Source: an uncultured Acidimicrobiia bacterium
Lineage (GTDB): Bacteria > Actinomycetota > Acidimicrobiia > Spongiisociales > UBA5794
Length of the DNA stretch: 64,000 nt
Direction: 5' to 3'
NCBI GenBank assembly: GCA_963714375.1
Contig: CAVQOG010000006.1
Span: 223,603-287,602, forward strand
Shown here: positions 41,223-51,061 of the stretch, piece by piece
Position numbering within the stretch: position 1 is the first letter of the stretch
Layout: each line of letters opens with the position of its first letter
Program-made: the position numbers and the translations under genes
Notes under the pieces: model-generated
The model's database searches: none
What the model was told of the DNA's origin: nothing
The model's input: only the letters and a program-made list of their open reading frames with translations

Positions 41223-43871
41223 ATGGCGATGGAAGATCTCATCAAACAGATCCAGGACAAGACCGGCCTACCCGCAGACAAGGTCATCGAGGTCGTCACC
41301 ATCGTCACTGAATTCCTCAAGGACAACCTGCCCCAAGACCTGATCGATCAGATCACGACGTACATGTCACAGGCCGCCTCAACTGCTGGCGGAACAGCCT
41401 CCTCGGCTGGTGGTGCGGCGGCAACTGGCGCTACCGGTGTTGTCTCTGTCGCTGCGGGTGTCGCATCCTCTGCGCTTTCCAAGGTGCTGGGCTTCGTGAG
41501 CGACGTGCTCCCCGGTGGCAAGGATTCTGCAGACGAACGCGCTCCGAATCTGAGTCTGAATAGCCAGATGATGCCTGACGTCACAGATCACGCTCCTGCT
41601 TGGCCCGACGAGGAGGGCCCCTACGTCGCCCTGATCGATGCCTCAAGTGACCTCGAAGCCGACATGATCGCGTCCTACCTCGACGCTGTGGCCGAGTCGG
41701 TCACCGATCCGATCACTCGGCTTCGCATCCCACCATCGAGGAGACAGCGGCGCTTTGCCAATGTCGATCCCGCCATCAGCGAGCGTCTCTGCAGGGAGGA
41801 CGACCCACTTTGTGTGCCTCTTCGTGTTGCGTGGCTCGCCGAAGAACACGAGGGAAAACGCAAAGTCCGGTTCAAGGATGTTTTCATCCCTGGCGACCCA
41901 CGAGATCCGGACATGTTCCGCGCACATTTCATCAAGGCGCGCTACCCAGACCGCGTCCGCATCGTCATTGGCCACCCTGCACGGCGAAGCGAGTTGGAGA
42001 AGTGGTGGACCGAGCCGTTGGGCCGAACGGTCGCCGACGGGACGACCCTCGGGGAGTTCGTAGCACTCAAGGCCTGGCTCGCACTCGAACGCGCTGAACG
42101 CAACCTTCGCGGCCTCCACTACAAGGTCCCGAGATTCCTTATGGAGGACCTGTTCTGGAGCCGAGCGTTCCAAGCAGGCGTTCACCGCCTTGCCAAGTCC
42201 GAGAACAAGCCGGAGAAGAGAATCGTGCAACGGACTCGGCGATACCTCAAGGAGATCGCGGCTCAGCACTCACCATATGTCATCGATATCGTCAACGGCA
42301 TCACATCGGCGATGATCGCCACCGCACACCAGAACGTCGACTACTCGGCGGAGCAGCTTCACGAGATCTACCAAATCGGCGATCGAACACCTCTCGTCTT
42401 CTTGCCGTCGCACAAGTCGAACTTCGATCATCTCGTCTTCCAGCACGTGCTCTATGAGAACGAGCTTCCCCTCAACCACACGGCCGGTGGCATCAATATG
42501 AACTTCTTTCTGATCGGGCCGCTTCTCCGCCGATCAGGAATCTTCTTCATCAGGCGGGAGTTCAAGAAGAACGAGCCGTACAAGTTCGTCCTTCGCCAGT
42601 ACATCGACTACCTCCTCGAGAAGCGATTCGCCCTTGAGTGGTATGTCGAAGGGGGACGCTCCCGATCCGGCAAGCTCCGTGAACCGCACCTTGGGCTGCT
42701 CGCCTATGTTGCAGACGCCTACCAACGCGGAATCACAGACGACGTAGTCCTCGTGCCGGTCTCGATCGCGTATGACCAGATCACGGACGTGTCCGCGTAC
42801 ACCGCCGAGCAACGCGGCCAGCAGAAGGAAAAGGAGTCTTTCCTGTGGTCGATCAAGTTCATCACGGGTCTGCGAAGTCGTCACGGGAACATTTACATCC
42901 GATTCGGCGAACCGCTCAAGATGTCGGAACACCTCAGCCCGACCCTCGACCTGCATTCGGATAAGGGAAGGCTTGCGCTTCCAAAACTTGCGTTTGACGT
43001 ATCAAGTCGTATCAATGACGTGACTCCGATCACGCCGATCAGTCTTGTCACCATGGCGCTGCTCTCACAGGGTCATCGGGGATTCACCCCTGCCGAAACG
43101 ATCGAAATCCTTCATCCATTCGTGGAGTTCGTGCACGACCGCTGCCTTCCGACGTCCACGTCGCTCGCGATGTCGACGCCCGAGCAAGCCAGAGCGGCTC
43201 TGGAACAACTGGTGGAGAACAGCGTCGTGACCCGTACCGAAGGCTTGACGGACCACATCTATTCGATCACCCGCGATCAACACCTCGCCGCGGCGTACTA
43301 CCGAAACACCATCATCCACTTCTTCATCCCGGTAGCAATCGCCGAGTTGGCACTTGCCCTCGGGTTTGAGTCAGACGAGATGCTCGAGGACTCCGTTATC
43401 GAGCGAACGCTTGCTCTTCGCGACCTGCTCAAGTTCGAGTTCTTCTTCGCCCCGACGGAGGAGTTCGTTGAATCCATCCAGGGCGAATTGGCCCGGTACC
43501 GCATTGGAGAAACGGGCCCTGATGACCCAGTCGAAGTCAACCTTCGCGCCATGCTTCCTGCCAAGAGCCCGATCGTCCTTCGCCCCTTCCTTGAGGCCTA
43601 CTCAGTCGTGGCCGAGACCCTGGTGCTCGAAGGCAACGAACCCATAGAGGCCGAAGTTCTGAAGAAACGTTGCCTCAAGATGGGGGAGCAGATGTACCAC
43701 CACGGCCGGATTCGAAACCGTGAGTCGGTTACCACCGCCCTCTACGCCTCCGGCATCAAGCTTGTGGACAACCGCGGGCTGCTGTCGGGCGACATGGAAT
43801 CGCGCAGAGTATTTCAGCGGGAGCTTTCCGATATTCTGGTCGCACTCAACGCGATCACCGACCTCGACTAG
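41223..43871 (+). CDS. plsB: Glycerol-3-phosphate 1-O-acyltransferase PlsB with ~115-aa N-terminal extension
   Basis: HX4D acyltransferase motif …LPSHKSNFDHLVF… and …YVEGGRSRSGKL… within ~770 aa of PlsB-like sequence. It is preceded, in the same frame, by a helical segment and an Ala/Gly-rich linker. Confidence 0.82.
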   Translation: MAMEDLIKQIQDKTGLPADKVIEVVTIVTEFLKDNLPQDLIDQITTYMSQAASTAGGTASSAGGAAATGATGVVSVAAGVASSALSKVLGFVSDVLPGGKDSADERAPNLSLNSQMMPDVTDHAPAWPDEEGPYVALIDASSDLEADMIASYLDAVAESVTDPITRLRIPPSRRQRRFANVDPAISERLCREDDPLCVPLRVAWLAEEHEGKRKVRFKDVFIPGDPRDPDMFRAHFIKARYPDRVRIVIGHPARRSELEKWWTEPLGRTVADGTTLGEFVALKAWLALERAERNLRGLHYKVPRFLMEDLFWSRAFQAGVHRLAKSENKPEKRIVQRTRRYLKEIAAQHSPYVIDIVNGITSAMIATAHQNVDYSAEQLHEIYQIGDRTPLVFLPSHKSNFDHLVFQHVLYENELPLNHTAGGINMNFFLIGPLLRRSGIFFIRREFKKNEPYKFVLRQYIDYLLEKRFALEWYVEGGRSRSGKLREPHLGLLAYVADAYQRGITDDVVLVPVSIAYDQITDVSAYTAEQRGQQKEKESFLWSIKFITGLRSRHGNIYIRFGEPLKMSEHLSPTLDLHSDKGRLALPKLAFDVSSRINDVTPITPISLVTMALLSQGHRGFTPAETIEILHPFVEFVHDRCLPTSTSLAMSTPEQARAALEQLVENSVVTRTEGLTDHIYSITRDQHLAAAYYRNTIIHFFIPVAIAELALALGFESDEMLEDSVIERTLALRDLLKFEFFFAPTEEFVESIQGELARYRIGETGPDDPVEVNLRAMLPAKSPIVLRPFLEAYSVVAETLVLEGNEPIEAEVLKKRCLKMGEQMYHHGRIRNRESVTTALYASGIKLVDNRGLLSGDMESRRVFQRELSDILVALNAITDLD

Positions 43872-43985
43872 CTCCGAATCACTAGCAAAGTCTTCGCGAC
43901 CTGATCATTTTGTCTCAACTCAGCACCATTTCCGTCCGATACACTCCGATAGAGGCGGAACCGCGCTGAGGCGCGTTATGGAGAT

Positions 43986-44795
43986 TTGATGACCACCGAT
44001 CAGATCCGGGCGGCGGATACGACCAATGACATCTCGCGTGATGCCGCCGCGGTCGTTGACAAGGCCAGCGAAGAAGCCAAGCAGATCGTCGCAAAGGCAC
44101 GGTACGACGCCTTCCGGATGGTGACCGACGCCAGAGCAGAAGCAGAATCGATTCTGGCGGAGCGGGATCACGCCGATGCACCGAATCCGGCGGTAAGCGC
44201 CGAAACCGCGCACGATGATGGTGCCCAGGAGTTGGAGTCCATCAACGCCGCGCTGCAATCCTCCAACGCAGCGTTGCAATCTGTCAACGCAGCGTTGCAA
44301 TCTGCCAACAGTGCCCTCGTCGCCGAGAATCAGTCCCTTGAGCACCGGGTGGAACGGACGCGAGCACTGCTCACTGACCTCGAAACACGCCTTGCGCGGA
44401 TTGCGGCCACACCGAATCCTGCAACACCGACTCTGGTGACGGCACCTGTCCACTCAGTCGACACAACGCCGGCACCCGCTCAGCCCGATATGACCGAACC
44501 TCCTCCACCCGCCATCGAGCCGGGGCGCAAGGCCATGAGGGCAGCTGTCACTTCGTCGCCCGATTCCACACCGGGCGTCGAACCACCACCGGTCGAGTCG
44601 TCGGCCGTCGCTGTGGATCTTGACTATTCCCCCTCGGTACCAGCACCGGTCCCCATGGCGGAGCCAGACGCAGACGCCGCCCTGAAAGGCTCGTTCTACA
44701 GCAGACGCTCAGCCAAGCTCCCCCACATCGGCGAGAACGCCGGCGAAGACTCATTCAGCGCGATCCGCTCCATGCGCGCCGGGCTTGTCGAGTAA
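43986..44795 (+). CDS. Coiled-coil protein with NAALQS heptad tandem repeats and Pro-rich C-terminus (hypothetical)
   Basis: Predicted helical N-terminus, 3× INAALQSS/NAALQSV/NAALQSA encoded by 21-nt DNA repeats, then a PAPAQP-rich tail. Confidence 0.6.
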   Translation: MMTTDQIRAADTTNDISRDAAAVVDKASEEAKQIVAKARYDAFRMVTDARAEAESILAERDHADAPNPAVSAETAHDDGAQELESINAALQSSNAALQSVNAALQSANSALVAENQSLEHRVERTRALLTDLETRLARIAATPNPATPTLVTAPVHSVDTTPAPAQPDMTEPPPPAIEPGRKAMRAAVTSSPDSTPGVEPPPVESSAVAVDLDYSPSVPAPVPMAEPDADAALKGSFYSRRSAKLPHIGENAGEDSFSAIRSMRAGLVE

Positions 44796-44841
44796 CCAGT
44801 CTCAACGCACAGGCACGCGAGTCGGCAATACTTACGCCGTG

Positions 44842-45240
44842 GAACGAAACGTGCTTGGTACTCAACTCGAGATGTGTTCGATTGATCCCGTGACGGGGTT
44901 CTTTCGCGACGGAACCTGTCGGACTGGCCCACAGGACCGGGGTAGCCACACAATCTGTGCAGTCGTGACAGGAGAGTTCCTTCTCCATCAGCGTTCCATC
45001 GGAAACGATCTGAGTACCCCGATGCCGCAATTCGACTTTGCGGGCCTCAAGCCGGGCGACCGGTGGTGTGTCACGGCGAGGAACTGGGCCAGGGCGCACG
45101 ACGATGGCGTTGCGGCACCGGTTGTACTTGCGAGCACGCATGAGCGCGTGCTCGATCTCATCCCACTCGAAGTCCTCGAGCGCTATGCCGTCGATGTTCC
45201 ACCCGATCCAAGTCAGCTCGGGGAAACACCCGACGCGTGA
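44842..45240 (+). CDS. DUF2237 family protein
   Basis: …NVLGTQLEMCSIDPVTGFFRDGTCRTGPQDRGSHTICAVVT…GNDLSTP…GDRWC… Start uncertain: the track has a TTG at 44785; I favour an internal GTG. Confidence 0.65.
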   Translation, partial: ERNVLGTQLEMCSIDPVTGFFRDGTCRTGPQDRGSHTICAVVTGEFLLHQRSIGNDLSTPMPQFDFAGLKPGDRWCVTARNWARAHDDGVAAPVVLASTHERVLDLIPLEVLERYAVDVPPDPSQLGETPDA

Positions 45241-45322
45241 CGCTTTCTGGGATGCGGGTCGCTACCAATCCACAATGCTGTGACGGCACGGATGTCACGG
45301 GTAGCGGTCCATCCACCGACTG

Positions 45323-45946
45323 CTACGCGTAGAAGGGGTTCGCACCGAGAGCGTGATCTGTCACATCGACAACCTCTTCGATCTCAGGGATAGCATCGAG
45401 AATCGCTCGTTCAATTCCCTGCCGCAGCGTGACGGCGGCAAGGCCACAGCCCTGACACCCGCCACCGAGTTCAAGTTGCGCAACCGAGCCCTCGACGGCG
45501 ATGAGGGTTGCCACACCACCATGGCTTGCAATCGATGGGTTGATCCGCTCGGTAAGCAGCTGACGAATCTTCTCTTCCGTAGTTCCCGTCAGTTCGATAT
45601 CGCCGAGTTCGCCACCGGGAAGCGCTGGTGTCGGGACGTTTGGATTTCGCATCACGAGACCGGGACCAGCGCCATCTCCCGAAAGGTCGAGTACGGCACC
45701 TCTGAGATTCTCGACGGAGTCAAGCGCGATTGCGACATCGAGCCCACCGTGGTTCTCGACGATGTCAGAAGGGGTGACGTCCTCTGGCCGCAAAAAGGAA
45801 GTTTCATAGATGAACCCCTGGGCCCCGACGCCGGTAATGCGAAGTCCCAGATGGAGACCGGGGAGATTCTCTCCCTCGCGCAGGGCCAAAACCTTGTCAC
45901 GAGCCGCGTCAGATATTTCAACGATACTTGTGGGTGTGTCACTCAT
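45323..45946 (-). CDS. NfuA-like Fe-S cluster carrier (degenerate A-type N-domain + Nfu C-domain)
   Basis: C-terminal Nfu CxxC …GGGCQGCG… and an N-terminal HesB/IscA-like fold lacking the Cys ligands. Confidence 0.7.
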   Translation of the reverse strand: MSDTPTSIVEISDAARDKVLALREGENLPGLHLGLRITGVGAQGFIYETSFLRPEDVTPSDIVENHGGLDVAIALDSVENLRGAVLDLSGDGAGPGLVMRNPNVPTPALPGGELGDIELTGTTEEKIRQLLTERINPSIASHGGVATLIAVEGSVAQLELGGGCQGCGLAAVTLRQGIERAILDAIPEIEEVVDVTDHALGANPFYA

Positions 45947-45970
45947 ATCGCTAGAGGATACTGCGGCGAA

Positions 45971-46267
45971 CTACTGCTGCGACCGATACGGGACAGCGAT
46001 CAACTCATGCGTCGCCAGATCGACAATCTGTTCCACATCACTGCTCGCGTCTGCGATCCAGTGGGCCAGGGTTTCACCGGGCACCCGTACGATCCACCAC
46101 ATGACATCGTGGGTCGATGATGCTCTCCGTTGCCGCCAGACAGTTCGACCGTGCTTCACGGCATCACCCTCGGTTTCGTAGGTTCCGAGAACCGTTTCCG
46201 TGGCACCGGAAAACGGTGTGCCCGGCACGGGTGCAGGTTCGCAGAACTCGACCAATTCAAACGACAT
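45971..46267 (-). CDS. Hypothetical protein (98 aa)
   Basis: GAGGAGG SD 7 nt upstream of the ATG; protein-like composition. Confidence 0.5.
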   Translation of the reverse strand: MSFELVEFCEPAPVPGTPFSGATETVLGTYETEGDAVKHGRTVWRQRRASSTHDVMWWIVRVPGETLAHWIADASSDVEQIVDLATHELIAVPYRSQQ

Positions 46268-46344
46268 TCGGAAGCCTCCTCTCGATGCTCCATGGTACCA
46301 GCTGGGTAGGCACCGCCTGGCTTAGGGCGGATAGGATGCTGACC

Positions 46345-46869
46345 ATGGATCTCATCGACCTCTATACACCCGAGGACATCACCGCTGCTGTTGCGAGGGT
46401 GGGCATTGAGATTGCCAACGACTATCGGGACAAGAACCCCCTGTTCGTCGGTGTTCTCACAGGCTCGTTCGTCTTCGTCGCAGACCTGATCCGCGCCGCG
46501 GCAATTCCGTCACAGGTCGACTTCATCCGTGCCCGCTCGTACGGAAGCTCCATGGAATCTTCTGGTGCGGTCGAGATCACCAAGGACATAGAACACGACG
46601 TCACCAACCGACATGTGATCCTGGTCGAGGACATCCTCGATACCGGCCTCACTCTGCGTTTTGTCGAGGACCGCATCAAGGTCGGTCGGCCGGCATCGAT
46701 CGTATCGTGCGCCTTGTTGTCACGCTCGGGTCAACCCAAACCGGAATACTGGGGTATCGAGGTACCCCCTGGCTTCGTTGTCGGCTATGGCATCGACTAC
46801 TCCGAGCAGTATCGATGGCTCACCTCGATCAAGACGGTTGCCGGAACCGGAGACACCGATCTCCACTGA
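46345..46869 (+). CDS. hpt: Hypoxanthine phosphoribosyltransferase
   Basis: PRPP-binding …VILVEDILDTGLTL…; ~174 aa. The track ORF's upstream 76 aa are rejected. Confidence 0.88.
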   Translation: MDLIDLYTPEDITAAVARVGIEIANDYRDKNPLFVGVLTGSFVFVADLIRAAAIPSQVDFIRARSYGSSMESSGAVEITKDIEHDVTNRHVILVEDILDTGLTLRFVEDRIKVGRPASIVSCALLSRSGQPKPEYWGIEVPPGFVVGYGIDYSEQYRWLTSIKTVAGTGDTDLH

Positions 46870-46995
46870 CATGTGCGGAATTGATTCGGAAGAAACAGCG
46901 AAACGCGTCGTACCATGTGCAGGTCGAACGCATAGGTCGCCACCTACGCGGCCTCGGGCACTGGCGCGCTGTGCCCCCAACAGACCGGGAAGCCG

Positions 46996-48441
46996 ATGAC
47001 AGCTGCGATGACCGCCGATCTTCCGCTCATTATCCAAGGTGGAATGGGCGCCGCTGTATCCGACTGGCGGCTCGCAAACGCCGTATCGCGGACAGGGCAA
47101 CTCGGCGTGATATCGGGTACTGCTCTCGACGCCATTCTGGCTCGCAGGCTCCAACTCGGTGACCCGGGCGGCCACATGCGTCGGGCACTCGAAGCATTCC
47201 CGATCCCGGACGTCGCGAAGCGCATCATCGACAAATACTTCATCGACGGCGGCAAGGATGAAGACACCCCGTTCATCACAAAGCCGATGATCAGCCACAA
47301 GGCATCACAGCTCACCAATGAACTACTGGTTGCCGCGAATTTCGTCGAGGTCTTTCTCGCCAAGGAGGGCCACGACAATCCTGTCGGCGTGAACTTCCTC
47401 GAGAAGATTCAGATACCAACACTCCCGTCTCTGTACGGCTCCATGCTTGCTGGCGTCGACTACATCCTGATGGGTGCAGGCATCCCCAAGGCCATCCCTG
47501 GCATCCTCGATCGGCTTTCGCAGGGTTCCGACGTCGAGCTGAAGATCGATGTCAAGGGACTGACAGCCAAGGGCGATCCCTTCGTGCGGTTCTCACCAAG
47601 GAAGTTTGCACAAGATCTTGTTGCGAAACTCCCCAGACCGAAGTTCCTTGCGATCGTGTCTTCACACATTCTTGCAAAGATGCTTGCGACCAAATCGTCT
47701 GGTGAGGTGGACGGCTTTGTCGTTGAGCTTCCCGTCGCCGGTGGACACAATGCGCCACCGCGTAAGAAGGGTGAATTCAACGAGATCGGTGAGCCAATCT
47801 ACGGCGAACGGGACGAAGTCAATCTCGAGGAAATCGCCAGTCTTGGGAAGCCGTTCTGGCTCGCAGGCGGCTATGCCGAGCCGCATCAGGTCAAGAGCGC
47901 GCTCGAAGCAGGGGCCGTTGGTGTGCAGGTGGGAACCGCTTTTGCATACTGCAACGAGTCCGGGTTCACGCGAGATATCAAGGATCAGGTCATCAGTCAG
48001 TCGCGAGACAGCGCTGTGAAGGTGTACACCGATGCCGTGGCATCCCCGACCGGTTTCCCGTTCAAAGTGATCGAACTCGAACAGACGTTGTCGAATCCAA
48101 AGCTTTACGAGCAAAGGGATCGCATCTGTGACCTCGGGTATCTCCGCCATGCCTACGAACGCGACAACGGGAAGATCGGGTGGCGGTGTCCGTCTGAACC
48201 GATCGATGAGTATCTCGAAAAGGGCGGCGAACTCTCCGAAACCGTTGGACGGAAGTGTCTCTGCAATTCCCTCGTTGCGAATGTCGGTATGGCTCAGGTG
48301 ACACCAAAGGGCACCCTTGAGGAAATGCTTATCACGTCAGGCGATGACGCCGCCTATGTGGCCCGGTTCGCACCCGAGGGCTCAACCGAGTATTCGGCAA
48401 AACACGTCATCGACTACCTGTTGAGCGACGTCGCCGTCTGA
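46996..48441 (+). CDS. Nitronate monooxygenase family (NMO/2-nitropropane dioxygenase-like, FMN-dependent)
   Basis: …LIIQGGMGAAVS… near the N-terminus and a TIM-barrel FMN oxidoreductase pattern; 481 aa. Confidence 0.75.
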   Translation: MTAAMTADLPLIIQGGMGAAVSDWRLANAVSRTGQLGVISGTALDAILARRLQLGDPGGHMRRALEAFPIPDVAKRIIDKYFIDGGKDEDTPFITKPMISHKASQLTNELLVAANFVEVFLAKEGHDNPVGVNFLEKIQIPTLPSLYGSMLAGVDYILMGAGIPKAIPGILDRLSQGSDVELKIDVKGLTAKGDPFVRFSPRKFAQDLVAKLPRPKFLAIVSSHILAKMLATKSSGEVDGFVVELPVAGGHNAPPRKKGEFNEIGEPIYGERDEVNLEEIASLGKPFWLAGGYAEPHQVKSALEAGAVGVQVGTAFAYCNESGFTRDIKDQVISQSRDSAVKVYTDAVASPTGFPFKVIELEQTLSNPKLYEQRDRICDLGYLRHAYERDNGKIGWRCPSEPIDEYLEKGGELSETVGRKCLCNSLVANVGMAQVTPKGTLEEMLITSGDDAAYVARFAPEGSTEYSAKHVIDYLLSDVAV

Positions 48442-48481
48442 TTCGGACCGCTTCGAGTTTTCTTGATGTTCCGTCCATAGC

Positions 48482-48715
48482 GTGACGCCTCCACGGACCC
48501 GGACGTTCATCCCAACGATGGAGCATCGGTTCGCCCTTGACTTCGGCCTCGCCACACTCGCAGTCGCAGCCTCATCACTGGCTATCGGCGCACTTGCAGA
48601 GGTGTTCACGGCGCGGAGTCTGCTGCTGAGTTTTGGGTTGACATGGACCGCTGTCACCGCTCGGATGTGGGCCGATCTACCTCCGCGAGTTTCTCAAACC
48701 GGCTGGATCAGGTGA
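48482..48715 (+). CDS. Possible small 2-TM membrane protein
   Basis: 77 aa with two hydrophobic helices; weak support. Confidence 0.3.
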   Translation: MTPPRTRTFIPTMEHRFALDFGLATLAVAASSLAIGALAEVFTARSLLLSFGLTWTAVTARMWADLPPRVSQTGWIR

Positions 48716-50888
48716 ATGCCCTGAAGAGGAAAGCTGCAAACTGTTCCCGTGTCACGTTCTTGGTTGGGCAGTAGTACCCGGGGCTGCAGCCCTTGGTGAC
48801 ACCGGCGGTCGCGAGACGGTCGATATCGACCTCGAAGATCGATCCATCGTCATCAACGAAAAGGTTGCCAGCGCCGACATCGCTGAATCCGAGGGCCCTC
48901 CCCAAAAAGGCTGCCATCTGGTCGCGTCTGAGGATGTTGTTCGGGCAGTAGTGGTCGTTGGCCGGAGGGTTGCATCCGAGGGTGATCCCAGAGAATGCTA
49001 GCTTTTCGATGTCATCCTCGAATAGGGAACCGTCGTCGTCGCTGAAGGGGTTATCAAGCTGTCCCTGCAAGTTGAGTGCTCGGCTCATGAATGCCGCGAG
49101 TTGTGCGCGAGTGAGGGTCTGCTTGGGACAGAATCGATTGTTGAGCGGAGGGTTGCAACCAAGCGTGATGCCTTGGGTCTTCAGCCATTCGATTTCGGTT
49201 TGGAAGATGCTGTCGTCATCGTCAATGAATGAACCGACGAACGCACCCGGTGGACTTCCAAGGAGAAGCTTGCCTGATCCAAACACGTTGTCGACGCCGG
49301 CGACGCCGAGATCCGTCGTCATCGTCCTGAGTTGCGCTGCGAGGGCTTGCGGTGTGGAAGCTACGCCTGCTTCCAGGAGCAACGCCGCAGCGCCCGAGAC
49401 GACCGGTGCCGCTGCGCTCGTACCGTTGAAGCAGAACGGGTAGGCGAGGACTACAAGACAACTCGGTGCCGCGATGTCCGGCTTCGTTCGCCCATCATTC
49501 GTCGGTCCCTGGCTGCTATATCCGCCAATTGTCTGGCCGGCTGCCGGATCGACTGCGGCGACAGCCAGGACTCCGGGGTTGGCAGAGTCCGCAATGGGAT
49601 GGGTAACTGAATACGGGTTCGAGGAGTACTCGAAGTTGGCTTGGTTCGCCATGAACTCAATGGTGTCACCGGCAATTCCACCGCCCTTCTTGAAGATGGT
49701 GATCCAAAGCTTGAGCGTTGGATGCGAGTAGCAGTCCATCGGCGGAGGGATCTCGATCGGTGGCGCGCCAGCACCTTGATCCAAGTTCGATGTCGCCACG
49801 GTATCACCCGTAGCTGCGTCGGTGATCGTGACGTCGTAGTCGGTCGGGTTCGCGCCCCAATCAGACCATCTGATCCCCTGAATTGATCCGCATGTGAAGT
49901 CGAGTGCCTCATCGCCCGGCACGAATTCGATCCAACCATCTGCGTCAGAATCCACTGCGGTACCCCGCCAATACCCACCGTCGGAGAGCCCAGGCGTTGT
50001 CGCATAATTTCCCCCCGCATTGACCCACAGCATGCCGCGGGCAACCGCGTCGTCTGCGATGGAATCATAGGGACCGGTTCCATCACCCGGCCCATCGAGG
50101 AATGCAACAAGGCTGCGCGAGATGATCGACACGCCATTCGCATCAAACCATTCGACGGCTGCCGCGAGATCGGTGACTGAGGAGACGGTTGCGAGGTAGA
50201 GGTCGGCACCAGGAGCCATGTCATAGATGAGTTCTGAGGATGCAACCCCGTGGCGACTCCCATCTGCCCAGAGGTTGCAGTCAGCTCCGTACGAGCGACA
50301 GAAGGTGGCGGATGCTGGCTTGAGCTGGCCGGCGGCGACCGCCTCGTCCCACGTCACCTGATCGAAGTAGTCGATGACACCGATCGACACTCCGCTGCCG
50401 GTGAACCCTGCTGCCTGCCACTGATCTGCGCGGGTAAGACTCGCAAGCTCGCTCCCGGATCCCGCCGTTTCTGCCCCCGCTGCGGGAACAACCTCACTCT
50501 GGAACGGATCCCTCACCAGGACAACCCCCGGCACACGAGATAGGGCTGCGTGGCTGCCCTCAGGTACCCGGACGAGCAGCACACCCGGTGCGGTACCGAG
50601 TATTGATCCCCCAATCTCCATGATTGTCGATGCAATTGATGGAACGAGGCGATCATCGACAAGAAGCTCTGCGGTTCGCATCGATCCCGTGTTCGCTGTG
50701 AACCGCTCTTCGGGTGGCGGTCCACTGCGTCGGCCAGTGGACAGGTCATCGGGGGCGGCATCGAGAGACACCACCAGCGTTTCTCCTCCGGCAGCAGACA
50801 ATGACGGTGCCGAAACAACGACAAACGACGCCAGGAGCGAGGCGGTCGCAACCACACCGAGCAAGCGCCGTCGGGTCATGCTGTTCAA
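48708..50888 (-). CDS. S8 family subtilisin-like serine peptidase with three C-terminal SLH (S-layer homology) domains
   Basis: Signal peptide, an S8 catalytic region (…GTSAAAPVVSGAAALL…) and three repeats of the form …TRAQLAAFMSRAL… / …RRDQMAAFLGRAL… / …TREQFAAFLFRAF… typical of SLH. Confidence 0.85.
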   Translation of the reverse strand: MNSMTRRRLLGVVATASLLASFVVVSAPSLSAAGGETLVVSLDAAPDDLSTGRRSGPPPEERFTANTGSMRTAELLVDDRLVPSIASTIMEIGGSILGTAPGVLLVRVPEGSHAALSRVPGVVLVRDPFQSEVVPAAGAETAGSGSELASLTRADQWQAAGFTGSGVSIGVIDYFDQVTWDEAVAAGQLKPASATFCRSYGADCNLWADGSRHGVASSELIYDMAPGADLYLATVSSVTDLAAAVEWFDANGVSIISRSLVAFLDGPGDGTGPYDSIADDAVARGMLWVNAGGNYATTPGLSDGGYWRGTAVDSDADGWIEFVPGDEALDFTCGSIQGIRWSDWGANPTDYDVTITDAATGDTVATSNLDQGAGAPPIEIPPPMDCYSHPTLKLWITIFKKGGGIAGDTIEFMANQANFEYSSNPYSVTHPIADSANPGVLAVAAVDPAAGQTIGGYSSQGPTNDGRTKPDIAAPSCLVVLAYPFCFNGTSAAAPVVSGAAALLLEAGVASTPQALAAQLRTMTTDLGVAGVDNVFGSGKLLLGSPPGAFVGSFIDDDDSIFQTEIEWLKTQGITLGCNPPLNNRFCPKQTLTRAQLAAFMSRALNLQGQLDNPFSDDDGSLFEDDIEKLAFSGITLGCNPPANDHYCPNNILRRDQMAAFLGRALGFSDVGAGNLFVDDDGSIFEVDIDRLATAGVTKGCSPGYYCPTKNVTREQFAAFLFRAFT

Positions 50889-51061
50889 CTCCTCTCAGGT
50901 GCCCACCGTATGATCAAAACGAACCTATCACGCTCTCTGGGCATCGGAGTCCGACTCGACGCTATTGCATCGGTTTTCGTCAAATCTTTCTTGACAGTCG
51001 ATCTCGGATCGACCTCGGTTGAGGCTCGGTGGATTACTGTTTGGATCGATGGAGGTCTGAT

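Noticed and set aside
45241-45322. Imperfect inverted repeat (GGATGCGGGTCGCTACC…GGTAGCGGTCCATCC) between the convergent DUF2237 and nfuA-like genes
   Set aside because: It may act as a bidirectional terminator, but it has no U-tract and a long loop. The evidence is too weak to call.
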